Of a DNA stretch of 46,152 nucleotides, positions 10,489-20,993 are shown one piece after another. Each line of letters opens with the position of its first letter. The stretch's first letter is position 1. The stretch spans positions 1-46,152 of the forward strand of contig JAVWCU010000003.1 of NCBI GenBank assembly GCA_036648855.1. Reading direction: 5' to 3'. The notes below the pieces were generated by a model. That model saw only the letters and a program-made list of their open reading frames with translations. It was not told the origin of the DNA and did no database searches. Position numbers and translations under genes: made by a program. The stretch is from Bacilli bacterium. GTDB lineage: Bacteria; Bacillota_I; Bacilli_A; RF39; UBA660.

Positions 10489-11217
10489 ATGATAAAATTA
10501 GTTTTAGTTAGACACGGACAAAGTACTTGGAATAAAGAAAATAGGTTTACGGGATGGACGGATGTAGAATTAACTGAGCAAGGAATTAAAGAAGCCAAAG
10601 AAGCTGGCATTGTGCTAAGAGAAAAAGGGTTTACTTTTGATTTGGCTTTTACATCAGTCTTAGTAAGAGCAACGGATACTCTTAAATATATTTTACAGGA
10701 GTTAAATGAAGAAAACATTCCTGTTAAGTATAATTGGCAGTTAAATGAGAGACACTATGGAGCATTACAGGGCTTAAATAAAGATGAAACAAAACTCAAA
10801 TATGGAACAGAACAAGTTCAGTTGTGGAGAAGAAGTACCAAAGAAACTCCCCCAGCTTTAACAGTGGATGACAGTAGATATCCTGGAAATGATCCGAAAT
10901 ATAAAGATTTAAAGGAATCTGAGTTACCTTTAACTGAAAATTTATCAGATACTATTAAGAGAGTACTAGTTTGTTGGCATAATCAAATAAAACCAGAGCT
11001 AGAATTAAATAAAAAAATTATTATAGTGGCTCATGGAAATAGTCTTAGAGCTTTAATAAAATATTTGGATAATATGTCTGACGATGAAATTACAGAACTA
11101 GAACTTGAGACAGGTAACCCAATATGTTATGAATTAGATGACAATTTAAAATCAATTAGACATTACTACTTAAAAGAAAATAGAGGTACATATGAAAATC
11201 ATTCTATCATCTACTAA
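10489..11217 (+). CDS. gpmA: 2,3-bisphosphoglycerate-dependent phosphoglycerate mutase
   Basis: [12 protein letters not shown] catalytic His motif, [19 protein letters not shown] chose the ATG at 10489 after an AAAGGAG RBS rather than the ORF-track start at 10426. Confidence 0.93.
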   Translation: MIKLVLVRHGQSTWNKENRFTGWTDVELTEQGIKEAKEAGIVLREKGFTFDLAFTSVLVRATDTLKYILQELNEENIPVKYNWQLNERHYGALQGLNKDETKLKYGTEQVQLWRRSTKETPPALTVDDSRYPGNDPKYKDLKESELPLTENLSDTIKRVLVCWHNQIKPELELNKKIIIVAHGNSLRALIKYLDNMSDDEITELELETGNPICYELDDNLKSIRHYYLKENRGTYENHSIIY

Positions 11218-11767
11218 TCCCTCTAAAATAAAATCGGTTGAAAAAGCTTTAAAAGATTTAGCTATTAGTAATTTTAATATAACTTCTGTTAAAGTTAATT
11301 CTAGTGTTAGCAGTAAACCACTTAATGAAGAAATGCTGATTGGCGCTAAAAATAGAAATATTGAGTTAAAGAAGTACTGCTATAATCAACATCTTGACTA
11401 TGACTATCTAATAAGCATTGAGGGTGGATTTGAACAAGAATATGACAAATATTATGTAATTAGTTATGTTGTAATTGAGGGGAAAAATCAAGTAGAACAT
11501 GTTGGTAAAACAATCGGGTTAGAAATATCTAAAGAAATGTATAATTATACTAAGGAAGGTCATTCTCTAAATGCCTTAATTGAAGAATTAACTTCAGTAG
11601 AAAGGAATAAGACTTTATCTGGCGTAGCGGGATTTTTAAGTAGTGATTTACTGCTAAGACAAGATATAGATTATATGGCAGTCTTAAGTACTATGAATTT
11701 GTTTATAAACGAGGGAAAATATCAGTTATTAAATGACAAGATAAAGTCTATAACAAAGGACATCTAA
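11192..11767 (+). CDS. Inosine/xanthosine triphosphatase-like NTPase (YjjX/DUF84-like)
   Basis: 191 aa. The N-terminus [16 protein letters not shown] and the IEGG segment resemble the YjjX family. It overlaps the gpmA 3' end by 26 nt. Confidence 0.55.
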   Translation: MKIILSSTNPSKIKSVEKALKDLAISNFNITSVKVNSSVSSKPLNEEMLIGAKNRNIELKKYCYNQHLDYDYLISIEGGFEQEYDKYYVISYVVIEGKNQVEHVGKTIGLEISKEMYNYTKEGHSLNALIEELTSVERNKTLSGVAGFLSSDLLLRQDIDYMAVLSTMNLFINEGKYQLLNDKIKSITKDI

Positions 11768-11776
11768 ACTAGTTTT

Positions 11777-11803
11777 ATCCACTTTAAAAGTGGATATTTT
11801 TTA
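11777..11803 (+). terminator. Rho-independent terminator
   Basis: ATCCAC / GTGGAT stem with loop TTTAAAA, followed by ATTTTTTATT. Confidence 0.7.
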
Positions 11804-11832
11804 TTGACTAGCATGAACATATGTTTTATACT
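11804..11832 (+). promoter_or_regulatory. Sigma-A promoter of the Y-family polymerase gene
   Basis: TTGACT (11804-11809), 17 bp spacer, TATACT (11827-11832). Confidence 0.65.
11815..11826. promoter_or_regulatory. LexA (Cheo/SOS) box inside the promoter spacer
   Basis: GAACATATGTTT compared with the Firmicutes consensus GAAC-N4-GTTC shows one mismatch. It sits between the -35 and -10 elements. Confidence 0.6.
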
Positions 11833-11870
11833 GTAACTAGTGAAATAAACTGCTAAAAGGGGGCTGCATA

Positions 11871-13076
11871 GTGAATCAAGAACGAGTAATTTTTCATATT
11901 GATGTTAACAATGCTTTTCTCTCTTGGACTGCTGTTGAAATGCTTAACCAAGGGTATAAAACAGACATTAGGACTATCCCTTCTGTTATTGGAGGGGATG
12001 AAGCTAAGAGATGTGGAATTGTCGTTGCTAAATCGCCTGTTGCAAAGAAGTATGGGGTAGTAACTGCAGAAACCTTATATTCAGCCAGAAAAAAATGTCC
12101 TAAATTAGAAGTTTTTCCAGCTGATCATTCCTTATATAATAGAGAATCAGATAAACTATATGAATATTTTTTAACTCTTACTCCTCAAGTAGAAAGATAT
12201 TCAGTCGATGAATGTTTTTTAGACATGAGTGGGATGCGTTACTTACACGAGGATATTTTGCTGTTTGCAAATGAAATTAAGAATGAAATATACGCTAAGT
12301 TTGGTGTAACTGTTAATATAGGTATAGCTAACTGCAAACTATGCGCTAAAATGGCCTCTGATTTTGAAAAACCAAACAAGATTCATACTTTATTTCCTAG
12401 TGAAGTAAAAACAAAGATGTGGCCTTTACCTGTTTCAGAACTATTTATGGTTGGCAAATCTTCTAGTGATAAACTTATAAATTTAGGTATAAAAACAATT
12501 GGTGATCTAGCTAATGCTGACTATGGAATGTTAAAACGTTACTTTAAATCAATGGCAATCACTATGCATAATTATGCAAATGGAATTGATGATAGTTTAG
12601 TAATATCAGAAAGAGCTAAAAACAAGAGTATCTCTACGACAGAAACTTTGGTCACGGATATTACTGATAAAGCAGTCCTTAAAAAGGTTTTAAAGAGGCA
12701 ATCTGAAGAAGTAGGACGGGATTTAAGAAAACAGGGTTTCTATGCTAGATGTATTGCTATTATTTTAAGAACAGGTAAGTTTGTTAATTATACCCATCAA
12801 ATGAAATTAGTTAATGCTACTAATATCAGTGATGATATATATAAATTTGCAGTAGAACTTTTAAACAAGGCCTATCAGGGAGAACCAATTAGATTAATAG
12901 GGATTCGCTTAACGGATTTTCATCTAGAGAATACTAAACAACTTTCTCTGTTTGATAATTACAAAACTGAAACTACAGATAAAGTTCAAAAAGTAGTAGA
13001 CTCAATTAATGATAAATTTGGAACTAATAGTATTATTCCTGCCAGTATATTAGAAGAAAAAGATTGTAAAGATTAA
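11871..13076 (+). CDS. Y-family DNA polymerase (DinB/PolY type)
   Basis: 401 aa with a GTG start after AAAGGGGG. Has HIDVNNAF, the catalytic SVDECFLD and NIGIANCKLCAKMASD. I cannot tell the subfamily (DinB or UmuC-like) by eye. Confidence 0.88.
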   Translation: MNQERVIFHIDVNNAFLSWTAVEMLNQGYKTDIRTIPSVIGGDEAKRCGIVVAKSPVAKKYGVVTAETLYSARKKCPKLEVFPADHSLYNRESDKLYEYFLTLTPQVERYSVDECFLDMSGMRYLHEDILLFANEIKNEIYAKFGVTVNIGIANCKLCAKMASDFEKPNKIHTLFPSEVKTKMWPLPVSELFMVGKSSSDKLINLGIKTIGDLANADYGMLKRYFKSMAITMHNYANGIDDSLVISERAKNKSISTTETLVTDITDKAVLKKVLKRQSEEVGRDLRKQGFYARCIAIILRTGKFVNYTHQMKLVNATNISDDIYKFAVELLNKAYQGEPIRLIGIRLTDFHLENTKQLSLFDNYKTETTDKVQKVVDSINDKFGTNSIIPASILEEKDCKD

Positions 13077-13117
13077 TCATTAGTGTTACGATATGCACAG
13101 ATTTAAGGAGTGGAGAA

Positions 13118-13654
13118 ATGAAAATAAGTGAATTAGAACTACCTATGATAAAATTAATGCAAGATACAAATACCCAAGAACAGATTAAAAATAGGCTAAT
13201 TGCCGCTACTACCAATGTAGCGTATGCTACCCATAATAAGGAAGAAGAAAATTATTTGGAACCAACTAGACTCCGTGTTCAGAAAGTGAATAGCCCAGCA
13301 AGAGCCAATAATTTATTATCTAAAAAAGAAAGAGAAATAGAATATAAAACGCAGCAAGAAGTAGAGTGGTATTATAGTCATCAGACTAATGTTTCATCAG
13401 AAGTACTTAAAAAGTATAAGAAAAGTATACGTAAACATATTATAGAAATTATTGATAATGGAGAAATTTCATCAACAACAGAAATATTTTCTCTAGCCAC
13501 CATGTTAGCAAAATATGATTTGGCTTTAGAGCTAAATTATTCACTTAGTGAAAAGAAAACATTTGCTTATATGAAAAGGTGTGGATTATTATTACCGACT
13601 GTTAAGAATAATCTTGTTAGTGCCAAAGGTAAAGCCTATTTCAAATGTAAATAG
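13118..13654 (+). CDS. Hypothetical protein (178 aa), co-transcribed with the polymerase
   Basis: AAGGAG RBS, 41 bp after the polymerase stop, with no intervening terminator. I recognise no motif. Confidence 0.6.
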   Translation: MKISELELPMIKLMQDTNTQEQIKNRLIAATTNVAYATHNKEEENYLEPTRLRVQKVNSPARANNLLSKKEREIEYKTQQEVEWYYSHQTNVSSEVLKKYKKSIRKHIIEIIDNGEISSTTEIFSLATMLAKYDLALELNYSLSEKKTFAYMKRCGLLLPTVKNNLVSAKGKAYFKCK

Positions 13655-13712
13655 TAAAGACTAATAACAGGACTTTACTAGGTTATATAATAATTATGTT
13701 TGATTGGAATAT

Positions 13713-13750
13713 AAAGTAAACTAGCTAAAAAAGGTTTACTTTTTCTTTTA
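13713..13750 (+). terminator. Rho-independent terminator
   Basis: AAAGTAAAC / GTTTACTTT 9-bp stem followed by a T-rich tail. Confidence 0.6.
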
Positions 13751-13794
13751 TAGTAAAATCTGAAAAAGTTATTGAATAAAGTTATATAAAACAC

Positions 13795-13824
13795 TTGCAA
13801 ATCATATATTACCTATGCTATAAT
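13795..13824 (+). promoter_or_regulatory. S10-operon promoter
   Basis: TTGCAA, 18 bp spacer, then TGcTATAAT (extended -10). Confidence 0.65.
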
Positions 13825-13830
13825 CTAAGA

Positions 13831-13946
13831 CGTGTGGCTGCTTAGATGTGTGAGGTTGCCGACACTCCAGGTTAAGTTGCTAGAGAGAGTCGGGTTATTC
13901 ATACGGAGCAAGTCTATACCAGATATAGGCGAAGGGAGGACATAAA
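13831..13946 (+). promoter_or_regulatory. Structured, comparatively GC-rich 5' leader of the S10 operon
   Basis: About 115 nt between the promoter and rpsJ. It contains complementary segments (GTGTGGC...GCCGACAC) and is visibly more GC-rich than the flanking intergenic DNA. Confidence 0.4.
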
Positions 13947-14255
13947 ATGTCAAAAGAAAAAGTTCGTATCAGATTAAAAGCGTACGATCACAGAGTTCTA
14001 GATAATGCCGCAACGAAAATAGTTGAAACTGTTAAAAGAGCAGGTGGAGAAATCAGTGGACCAGTTCCACTACCAACTGAAATTGAAAAGTACACTATCT
14101 TACGTGCAGTGCATAAATACAAGGATTCTCGTGAGCAATTCGAAATGCGTACACACAAGAGACTTATTGATATCAAAAATCCTAGCAAGGAAACTATTGA
14201 GGCACTAACTCATTTAGATTTACCAAGCGGTGTTGATATTGAAATCAAACTATAA
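13947..14255 (+). CDS. rpsJ: 30S ribosomal protein S10
   Basis: 102 aa with a canonical S10 sequence (IRLKAYDH...). First gene of the cluster. GGGAGG RBS. Confidence 0.97.
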   Translation: MSKEKVRIRLKAYDHRVLDNAATKIVETVKRAGGEISGPVPLPTEIEKYTILRAVHKYKDSREQFEMRTHKRLIDIKNPSKETIEALTHLDLPSGVDIEIKL

Positions 14256-14276
14256 TAATAATTAGGAGGAAAAACT

Positions 14277-15056
14277 ATGAAAGGAATCTTAGGGAAAAAA
14301 ATTGGAATGACTCAAGTATTTGCCAAAAACGGTAAATTAATTCCAGTTACTGTAATTGAAATTGAACCAAACGTTGTTACACAGATTAAGACAATTGAAA
14401 AAGACGGATACAGTGCAATTCAATTAGGTGCCATTACAGTGAAAGCGAAAGCAAGTAACAAGGCTAAAATGGGTCATACAGCAAAAGCAAATACTGAACC
14501 TAAGCGCTTCTTAAAAGAAATTAGGGGAGTAAACGTTGCCGATTACACATTAGGTCAAGTAATTGGAGCGGATTTATTTACAAATGGAGAAGTCGTTGAT
14601 GTTACAGGAGTAAGCAAGGGTAAAGGTTTCCAAGGTGTTATTAAACGTTGGAATCAATCTTGTGGACCTATGGGTCACGGATCTCAATATCATAGAGGTG
14701 TTGGTTCAATGGGAACATTGTTACCTATGCACGTTCTAAAGGGTAAAAAATTACCAGGTCATATGGGAAATGAAACAACAACCGTTCAAAATTTGGAAGT
14801 TGTGGATATTGATTTAGAAAATAATGTAATCCTTATAAAAGGAAATGTTCCAGGTCCAAAAAAATCTTTAGTTATCATTAGAACAGCAGTTAAAACGGGA
14901 GAAAAAATTAATGAACCACTTGAATTAGTTGTTTATGAAGAAGAAATCCCTACTACAGAAACAGAAGTTACTGCAGAAGTAGAAGAAACTAATGACAAAG
15001 CTACTGAAGAAGTTAAAAGCGAAGAATCATCACTTGATGCGTCTGTTACTGAGTAA
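14277..15056 (+). CDS. rplC: 50S ribosomal protein L3 with acidic C-terminal extension
   Basis: Canonical L3 core ([15 protein letters not shown]). It has 259 aa, with about 50 extra E/T-rich residues at the C-terminus. Confidence 0.95.
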   Translation: MKGILGKKIGMTQVFAKNGKLIPVTVIEIEPNVVTQIKTIEKDGYSAIQLGAITVKAKASNKAKMGHTAKANTEPKRFLKEIRGVNVADYTLGQVIGADLFTNGEVVDVTGVSKGKGFQGVIKRWNQSCGPMGHGSQYHRGVGSMGTLLPMHVLKGKKLPGHMGNETTTVQNLEVVDIDLENNVILIKGNVPGPKKSLVIIRTAVKTGEKINEPLELVVYEEEIPTTETEVTAEVEETNDKATEEVKSEESSLDASVTE

Positions 15057-15112
15057 GTAATTAAGATGATGTTAAAAAAACAATATTATGTGATGAAAGG
15101 AGGAAATTAAAG

Positions 15113-15739
15113 ATGGAAAAAGTAAAACTTTTAAATTTAAAAGGTGAAAAACTTAAGGACATTAAATTAAATGAAACAGTATTTGGAATAACTCCAAATG
15201 ATAAAGTAGTTTATGATGCAATTATTTTAACAAGAGCATCATTAAGACAAGGAACCCATAAGACAAAGAATCGTAGTGAAGTAAGCGGTGGTGGTAAAAA
15301 GCCATGGGCACAAAAAGGAACAGGTCATGCTCGTCAAGGTTCTATTAGAGCTGTACAATGGGTAGGCGGAGGACGTTATGGTACTCCAGTTCCTCGTGAT
15401 TACAGTATAAAGATGAATCGTAAGGAACGTCGTTTAGCTATTAAATCAGCTCTTGCATCAGCAATGAACGAGGGAAAGTTTATAGTTTTAGATGAATTTA
15501 AACTTACAACACCTAAGACAAAAGAAATGATTAATGCTTTAGAAGCTTTAAATATAGCTTCAAAAAAAGACTTAATTGTTCTTAATGAATTAGATGAAAA
15601 TACTATTTTAGCAGCTCGCAATATTCAAAATATAATGGTTATTGAAGCTGATGAAATTAATGTACTAGATGTAGTAAATGCTGATTATATAGTTATAACA
15701 GAAGCAGCTCTACATGAGATCGAGGAGGTGCTTGCATAA
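15113..15739 (+). CDS. rplD: 50S ribosomal protein L4
   Basis: 208 aa with [19 protein letters not shown]. Conserved operon position. Confidence 0.96.
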   Translation: MEKVKLLNLKGEKLKDIKLNETVFGITPNDKVVYDAIILTRASLRQGTHKTKNRSEVSGGGKKPWAQKGTGHARQGSIRAVQWVGGGRYGTPVPRDYSIKMNRKERRLAIKSALASAMNEGKFIVLDEFKLTTPKTKEMINALEALNIASKKDLIVLNELDENTILAARNIQNIMVIEADEINVLDVVNADYIVITEAALHEIEEVLA

Positions 15740-16023
15740 TGGATACAAAATATTTAAGTATTATTAAAGCTCCAGTTATTACTGAAAAAAGTGGTAAGGC
15801 TTCATCAGAAGATAACAAGTATACATTTAAAGTTGATCCTAAAGCTAAAAAAACAGAAATAAAAATAGCAATAGAAAAACTATTCAATGTTAAAGTTGCT
15901 AGTATTCGTACTATCAACGTAAAACCTAGAACAAAACGAGTTGGACGTTACTCTGGTTTGACTAATCGGATGAAAAAAGCGATTGTTAAATTAGCCGATG
16001 GACAAACGATTGATCTTAATTAA
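15739..16023 (+). CDS. rplW: 50S ribosomal protein L23
   Basis: 94 aa, L23-like (ITEKS..., FKVDPKA). Its ATG overlaps the rplD stop. Confidence 0.96.
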   Translation: MDTKYLSIIKAPVITEKSGKASSEDNKYTFKVDPKAKKTEIKIAIEKLFNVKVASIRTINVKPRTKRVGRYSGLTNRMKKAIVKLADGQTIDLN

Positions 16024-16037
16024 AAGGAGGGTTACAC

Positions 16038-16868
16038 ATGTCAGTTAAAATAAAAAAACCGACGACACCAGGACAAAGAGGAATGACAGTTTTAGATTAT
16101 TCTGAAATTACAACAAGCACTCCTGAAAAAAGCCTAGTCGTTAGTTTAAAGAAAAACGGTGGACGTAACAATCAAGGGAAAACTACTGTAAGACATCAAG
16201 GCGGAGGAGCTAAGAGAAAATACAGAATTATAGACTTTAAACGTAATAAATTAAATATTAACGGAAAAGTTGCTACGATTGAATACGATCCAAACAGAAC
16301 TGCAAATATTGCATTAATTAATTATGCTGATGGAGAAAAAAGATATATTCTTGCTCCAAAAGGATTAACAGTGGGAATGACAATAATGAGCGGAGAAACA
16401 GCCGATATTAAAGTTGGTAATGCTCTTCCTATTATGGCAATTCCAGTTGGAACTGTAATACATAATATTGAACTTCGCCCAGGAAAAGGTGGGGAACTAG
16501 CTAGAAGTGCTGGTGCCAGTGCACAAATCCTTGGTCGTGAGGGAAATTATGTAATGATTCGTTTAGCAAGTGGGGAACAAAGAAAAATCTTAGGAACTTG
16601 CTTAGCTACAATTGGTGAAGTTGGTAATGCTGATTATGAACTTGTAAATATCGGAAAAGCTGGACGTACACGTCATATGGGAATCCGACCTACAGTTCGT
16701 GGATCAGTAATGAATCCAAATGATCACCCACATGGTGGTGGAGAAGGTCGTGCGCCTATTGGACGCAAAGGACCAGTTACTCCTTGGGGTAAACCAGCAC
16801 TTGGATATAAAACACGTAAGAATAAGATGTCTGATAAATTTATCGTACGTCGCCGCAATGCTAAATAG
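16038..16868 (+). CDS. rplB: 50S ribosomal protein L2
   Basis: 276 aa with [16 protein letters not shown] and [13 protein letters not shown]. Confidence 0.97.
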   Translation: MSVKIKKPTTPGQRGMTVLDYSEITTSTPEKSLVVSLKKNGGRNNQGKTTVRHQGGGAKRKYRIIDFKRNKLNINGKVATIEYDPNRTANIALINYADGEKRYILAPKGLTVGMTIMSGETADIKVGNALPIMAIPVGTVIHNIELRPGKGGELARSAGASAQILGREGNYVMIRLASGEQRKILGTCLATIGEVGNADYELVNIGKAGRTRHMGIRPTVRGSVMNPNDHPHGGGEGRAPIGRKGPVTPWGKPALGYKTRKNKMSDKFIVRRRNAK

Positions 16869-16887
16869 GAAAGGAAGATGAGAAGTC

Positions 16888-17157
16888 ATGGCTAGAAGTC
16901 TAAAAAAGGGACCTTATGTATTCGAAAGATTATTAAAAAAGGTACAAGAATCTAACAAGTCTGGAAAAAAAGAAGTAATTAAAACTTGGTCACGTCGTTC
17001 AACAATCTATCCTGATTTTATTGGACATACATTCGCTGTACATAACGGAAAGGAATTTATTCCTGTTTATGTTACTGAGGATATGGTTGGACACAAATTA
17101 GGTGAATTTGCGTTAACTCGTAAGTTTAATGGACACGGCGATAGTAAAGCGAAATAA
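16888..17157 (+). CDS. rpsS: 30S ribosomal protein S19
   Basis: 89 aa with [10 protein letters not shown] and [10 protein letters not shown]. Confidence 0.97.
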   Translation: MARSLKKGPYVFERLLKKVQESNKSGKKEVIKTWSRRSTIYPDFIGHTFAVHNGKEFIPVYVTEDMVGHKLGEFALTRKFNGHGDSKAK

Positions 17158-17174
17158 TACTAGGAGGAATGAAT

Positions 17175-17510
17175 ATGGAAGCAAGAGCAATTGCAAAAAC
17201 ACTTAGAGTTTCACCTATTAAAGCTCGCTTAGTCGTAGATTTAATACGTGGTAAAAATGTAAGTGAAGCATTAGTTATATTAACTAATATGAATAAGAAA
17301 TCTGCTCGTTTAACCAAGAAAGTAGTTGATTCTGCTATTGCCAATGCCGTAAACAACGGTGGTGCAGATGTTAATACTTTATATGTTAAAGAAGCAAGAG
17401 TCGATGCTGGACCAGTTATGCATAGGGGAATGTTTGATTCTCGTGGACATATGGGACACAACGACAAAAGAACTAGTCACATCGTAATCACGGTTGCTAG
17501 TAAAAACTAA
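17175..17510 (+). CDS. rplV: 50S ribosomal protein L22
   Basis: L22 sequence ([17 protein letters not shown]). I chose the ATG at 17175, 7 nt after AGGAGG, rather than 17169. Confidence 0.95.
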   Translation: MEARAIAKTLRVSPIKARLVVDLIRGKNVSEALVILTNMNKKSARLTKKVVDSAIANAVNNGGADVNTLYVKEARVDAGPVMHRGMFDSRGHMGHNDKRTSHIVITVASKN

Positions 17511-17523
17511 GAAGGAGGTTAGT

Positions 17524-18177
17524 ATGGGTCAAAAAGTAAATCCAAGTGGAATGAGACTTGGTATTATCAAAGACTGGGATTCAAGATGGTATGCCTCTAA
17601 TACTGATTTTAAAAAATATTTAAATAATGATATTAAGATTCGTGAATTTTTTGAAACTAGTATGAAAGATGGCGGACTTGCTAAGATTGAAATCGAAAGA
17701 AGTAATAAGAAAACAGAAGTTATTATTCATACATCAAAGCCTGGTATTATAATCGGCCGTGGTGGAGAAGAAATAGAAAAATTGAAAAAAGCCATTTCTA
17801 AGTTAGTAAACGAAGAAGTACAAATTTCAATTGTTGATATTAAAAAACCTGATATGAATGCTCAAATAGTAGCAACATCAATTGCTAATCAGATTCAAAA
17901 TAGAGCATCATTCAGAATGGCTCAAAAAAGAGCTATTAGAAATGCTATGAGAGCAGGAGCTAAGGGAATTAAAACTTTAGTATCAGGCCGCCTAAATGGT
18001 GCTGATATTGCTCGTAGCGAAGGTTATTCAGAAGGAACTACTCCTTTACATACATTAAGAGCTGATATTGATTATGCAACAGCAGAAGCTGATACTACAT
18101 TCGGTAAAATCGGAGTTAAAGTATGGATATATAAGGGAGAAATTCTTCCAACGAAAAAGGCTAAAGGAGGTAATTAA
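17524..18177 (+). CDS. rpsC: 30S ribosomal protein S3
   Basis: [13 protein letters not shown] start and a KH-domain GIIIGRGG. I chose the ATG at 17524 after GAAGGAGG. Confidence 0.96.
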   Translation: MGQKVNPSGMRLGIIKDWDSRWYASNTDFKKYLNNDIKIREFFETSMKDGGLAKIEIERSNKKTEVIIHTSKPGIIIGRGGEEIEKLKKAISKLVNEEVQISIVDIKKPDMNAQIVATSIANQIQNRASFRMAQKRAIRNAMRAGAKGIKTLVSGRLNGADIARSEGYSEGTTPLHTLRADIDYATAEADTTFGKIGVKVWIYKGEILPTKKAKGGN

Positions 18178-18178
18178 T

Positions 18179-18616
18179 ATGTTACTACCATCAAGAACAA
18201 AGTATCGTCGTGTTCATAGATTACCTTATGAAGGTCATTCAAAAGGAAACACGAAATTAGATAAAGGTGAATTTGGTTTAGTTGCTAAAGAAGGCGCATG
18301 GATTACTGCTAATCAAATAGAAGCAGCTCGTGTAGCTATGACACGTTTCATGAAGCGTGGAGGAAAAGTATGGATTAATATTTTCCCACATATGCCACTA
18401 ACTAAAAAAGCTATAGGATCTCGTATGGGAAAAGGTAAAGGTGCTGTTGAAGCATGGGTTGCCGTTGTTAAAGAAGGAAAGATTATGTTTGAAATTGCTG
18501 GAGTTGATGAAGCAACTGCTCGTGAAGCATTACGTTTAGCTGCTCATAAATTACCAATTTTAACAAAATTTATTACTAAAGAATCTGAAAATGGTGGTGA
18601 AAAAAATGAAGGTTAA
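18179..18616 (+). CDS. rplP: 50S ribosomal protein L16
   Basis: [11 protein letters not shown] start and MGKGKG motif. I chose the ATG at 18179, 1 nt after the rpsC stop. Confidence 0.96.
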   Translation: MLLPSRTKYRRVHRLPYEGHSKGNTKLDKGEFGLVAKEGAWITANQIEAARVAMTRFMKRGGKVWINIFPHMPLTKKAIGSRMGKGKGAVEAWVAVVKEGKIMFEIAGVDEATAREALRLAAHKLPILTKFITKESENGGEKNEG

Positions 18617-18803
18617 AGAAATAAGAGAACTAACCACTGAAGATATTATGACTAAGATTAAAGAGTCAAAATTAGAATTATTCAATTTGCGTTTCCAACA
18701 AGCAACGGGTAATTTAGAAAAGCCTTCAAGAATTAGAGATTTAAGACACACAGTAGCGAGAATGAAAACTGTTCTTCGTGAACGTGAATTAAGTGGTAAA
18801 TAG
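18606..18803 (+). CDS. rpmC: 50S ribosomal protein L29
   Basis: [10 protein letters not shown]... and LFNLRFQ. Overlaps the rplP 3' end. Confidence 0.93.
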   Translation: MKVKEIRELTTEDIMTKIKESKLELFNLRFQQATGNLEKPSRIRDLRHTVARMKTVLRERELSGK

Positions 18804-18812
18804 GAGGGTAAT

Positions 18813-19073
18813 ATGGAAAAGAAATTAACAAAAGAACTTGTTGGAAAAGTAGTGAGCGATAAAGCAAACAAAACAGTTAGTGTTTTAGTTGAAAACTATA
18901 AGAAAGATTCTAAATACGGTAAACGTGTTAGAACTTCTAAAAAGTATGCAGCTCATGATGAAAGTAATAAAGCTAAAATTGGCGATACAGTTAGAATTGT
19001 TGAGACAAAACCAATTTCTAAAACTAAAACATTTTATGTAGCAGAAATTATTAAAGAAGCAATTATTATATAA
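18813..19073 (+). CDS. rpsQ: 30S ribosomal protein S17
   Basis: 86 aa, S17-like ([26 protein letters not shown]). Confidence 0.95.
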   Translation: MEKKLTKELVGKVVSDKANKTVSVLVENYKKDSKYGKRVRTSKKYAAHDESNKAKIGDTVRIVETKPISKTKTFYVAEIIKEAIII

Positions 19074-19098
19074 CTATTAGGTGAAGGAGGGATAAATT

Positions 19099-19467
19099 AT
19101 GTTACAAGTAGAAAGCCGTTTAAAAGTTGCTGATAACTCTGGAGCACGTGAATTATTAATTATTCGTGTTCTAGGTGGCAGTAAAGTAAAAGCTGGTAAT
19201 ATCGGTGACATTGTTGTTGGTACAGTGAAAAAAGCTACACCTAATGGAACTGTTAAAAAGGGAAAAGTGGTGAAAGCTGTTATCGTTCGAAGCGTATTTG
19301 GCGTTAGAAGAGATGATGGAAGCTACATCAAGTTTGACGACAATGCCTGTGTACTTATCAAAGATGATAAGAGCCCAGTTGGAACACGTATATTCGGGCC
19401 AGTTGCTCGGGAACTTCGTGATGCAGATTATATGAAAATAGTATCTTTAGCTAAAGAAGTGCTATAA
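19099..19467 (+). CDS. rplN: 50S ribosomal protein L14
   Basis: 122 aa with [16 protein letters not shown]. Confidence 0.97.
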   Translation: MLQVESRLKVADNSGARELLIIRVLGGSKVKAGNIGDIVVGTVKKATPNGTVKKGKVVKAVIVRSVFGVRRDDGSYIKFDDNACVLIKDDKSPVGTRIFGPVARELRDADYMKIVSLAKEVL

Positions 19468-19478
19468 GGAGGATATTT

Positions 19479-19787
19479 ATGAACTTTAAAGTAGGAGATA
19501 AGGTAAAAGTAATTACCGGATCTAGTAAAGGTAAAGAAGGTAAAATCATTAAAACCTTAAAAGCTGATAATAAAGTAATCGTTGAAGGTGCTAACATCGT
19601 TAAGAAAAACAAAAAAGGTAATGGACAAGAGACTGGCGGAATCATAGAATTCGCAGCTCCAATTCATGCTTCAAATGTAATGATGATTGATCCGAAAACG
19701 AAGAAAACTACTAGAATCGGACATATTACAGATAAAAACAATAATAAAAATAGAATTGCAAAAAAATCAGGCGAAAAGCTTGACTAA
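19479..19787 (+). CDS. rplX: 50S ribosomal protein L24
   Basis: 102 aa with a KOW motif (GDKVKVITGSSKGKEG). Confidence 0.95.
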   Translation: MNFKVGDKVKVITGSSKGKEGKIIKTLKADNKVIVEGANIVKKNKKGNGQETGGIIEFAAPIHASNVMMIDPKTKKTTRIGHITDKNNNKNRIAKKSGEKLD

Positions 19788-19805
19788 ATGGAAGGAGGGT
19801 AATTT

Positions 19806-20345
19806 ATGAACCGCCTAAAAGAAAAATACTTAAAAGAAATAGTTCCAAGTTTAACTAAAAAACATGGATACAAAACATCAATGGAAGTTCCAAAATTAGA
19901 GAAAATCGTTATCAATATGGGTGTTGGAGATGCAACAGCTAATTCAAAATTAATTGATGCTGCTGTTAAAGATCTAGAAGTAATAACTGGTCAAAAGCCA
20001 ATTATAACTAGAGCAAAGAAATCCATTGCCGGATTCAAAGTCAGAGAAGGTCAAGCAATTGGTTGTAAAGTAACATTACGTGCTGAAAACATGTATAACT
20101 TTATGGATAAACTATTCTCAATCGGATTACCTCGAGTAAGAGATTTCCGCGGAGTTAGTGCCAGAGCATTTGATGGAAGAGGTAATTATACTTTAGGAAT
20201 TAAAGAACAATTAATCTTCTCAGAAATAGAATTTGATAGTGTAGTTAAAGTACGTGGAATGGATATAGTATTTGTTACCACGGCTAACTCTAATGAAGAG
20301 GCTTATGATTTATTAGATGAACTAGGAATGCCTTTTAGAAAGTAA
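19806..20345 (+). CDS. rplE: 50S ribosomal protein L5
   Basis: 179 aa with VINMGVGDA and LPRVRDFRG. Confidence 0.97.
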   Translation: MNRLKEKYLKEIVPSLTKKHGYKTSMEVPKLEKIVINMGVGDATANSKLIDAAVKDLEVITGQKPIITRAKKSIAGFKVREGQAIGCKVTLRAENMYNFMDKLFSIGLPRVRDFRGVSARAFDGRGNYTLGIKEQLIFSEIEFDSVVKVRGMDIVFVTTANSNEEAYDLLDELGMPFRK

Positions 20346-20357
20346 TTGGAGGAAATT

Positions 20358-20543
20358 ATGGCAAAGAAAAGTATGATCGTAAAAGCTAATCGACCAAAGA
20401 AATTCAAAGTACGTGAATATACTCGTTGTAGTAGATGTGGAAGACCACACGCAGTAATGAGTAAGTTTGGTGTATGTCGTATTTGCTTTAGAGAATTAGC
20501 ATATAAAGGACAAATACCAGGTGTTAAGAAATCAAGCTGGTAA
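20358..20543 (+). CDS. rpsZ: 30S ribosomal protein S14, zinc-binding type Z
   Basis: 61 aa from the ATG at 20358 (MAKKSM...). Has CxxC...CxxC (CSRCGRP...CRIC). Confidence 0.93.
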   Translation: MAKKSMIVKANRPKKFKVREYTRCSRCGRPHAVMSKFGVCRICFRELAYKGQIPGVKKSSW

Positions 20544-20564
20544 TTTGGGAAGGAGGATTTTAAA

Positions 20565-20966
20565 ATGGCTGTAGCAACTGATACAATCGCTGATATGCTT
20601 ACGCGTATTCGTAATGCAAATCAAATGCGATATAATGAAGTTAATGTTCCTGCTTCTAATCTAAAATTAGAACTTGCTAAAATTTTAAAAGAAGAAGGAT
20701 TTATCAAGGATTTTAAGGTGTCAAAGGAAAATGTTCAAGGCGTTATCGTATTGACATTAAAATATGGACACAATAAAGAAAGAGTAATTACAGGCTTAAA
20801 ACGTATCTCTAAACCAGGTTTAAGAGTTTATGCCAAAGCTGAAGAAGTTCCTAAAGTATTAAATGGTTTAGGAATTGCTATAATTTCTACTTCAGGTGGA
20901 ATTATGACAGATAAAGAAGCAAGAAAACAAAACCTTGGTGGAGAAGTATTAGCATATATTTGGTAA
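20565..20966 (+). CDS. rpsH: 30S ribosomal protein S8
   Basis: 133 aa with [13 protein letters not shown]. Confidence 0.97.
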   Translation: MAVATDTIADMLTRIRNANQMRYNEVNVPASNLKLELAKILKEEGFIKDFKVSKENVQGVIVLTLKYGHNKERVITGLKRISKPGLRVYAKAEEVPKVLNGLGIAIISTSGGIMTDKEARKQNLGGEVLAYIW

Positions 20967-20993
20967 TAAATATTAAAATAAGGAGGTGTCAAT

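Noticed and set aside
14023-14208. Alternative-frame + strand ORFs inside rpsJ (14023-14208) and inside ecfT (32440-32634).
   Set aside because: They are out of frame with clearly real genes, have no RBS and encode low-complexity products.
17126-17467. Antisense ORFs inside highly conserved genes. This one lies in rplV. Others are at 2436-2687, 10356-10718, 15400-15621, 20828-21175, 22197-22427, 25652-25954, 26352-26576 and 44819-45079.
   Set aside because: Each lies opposite a confidently identified conserved protein. None has an RBS or a recognisable motif. They are typical shadow ORFs.
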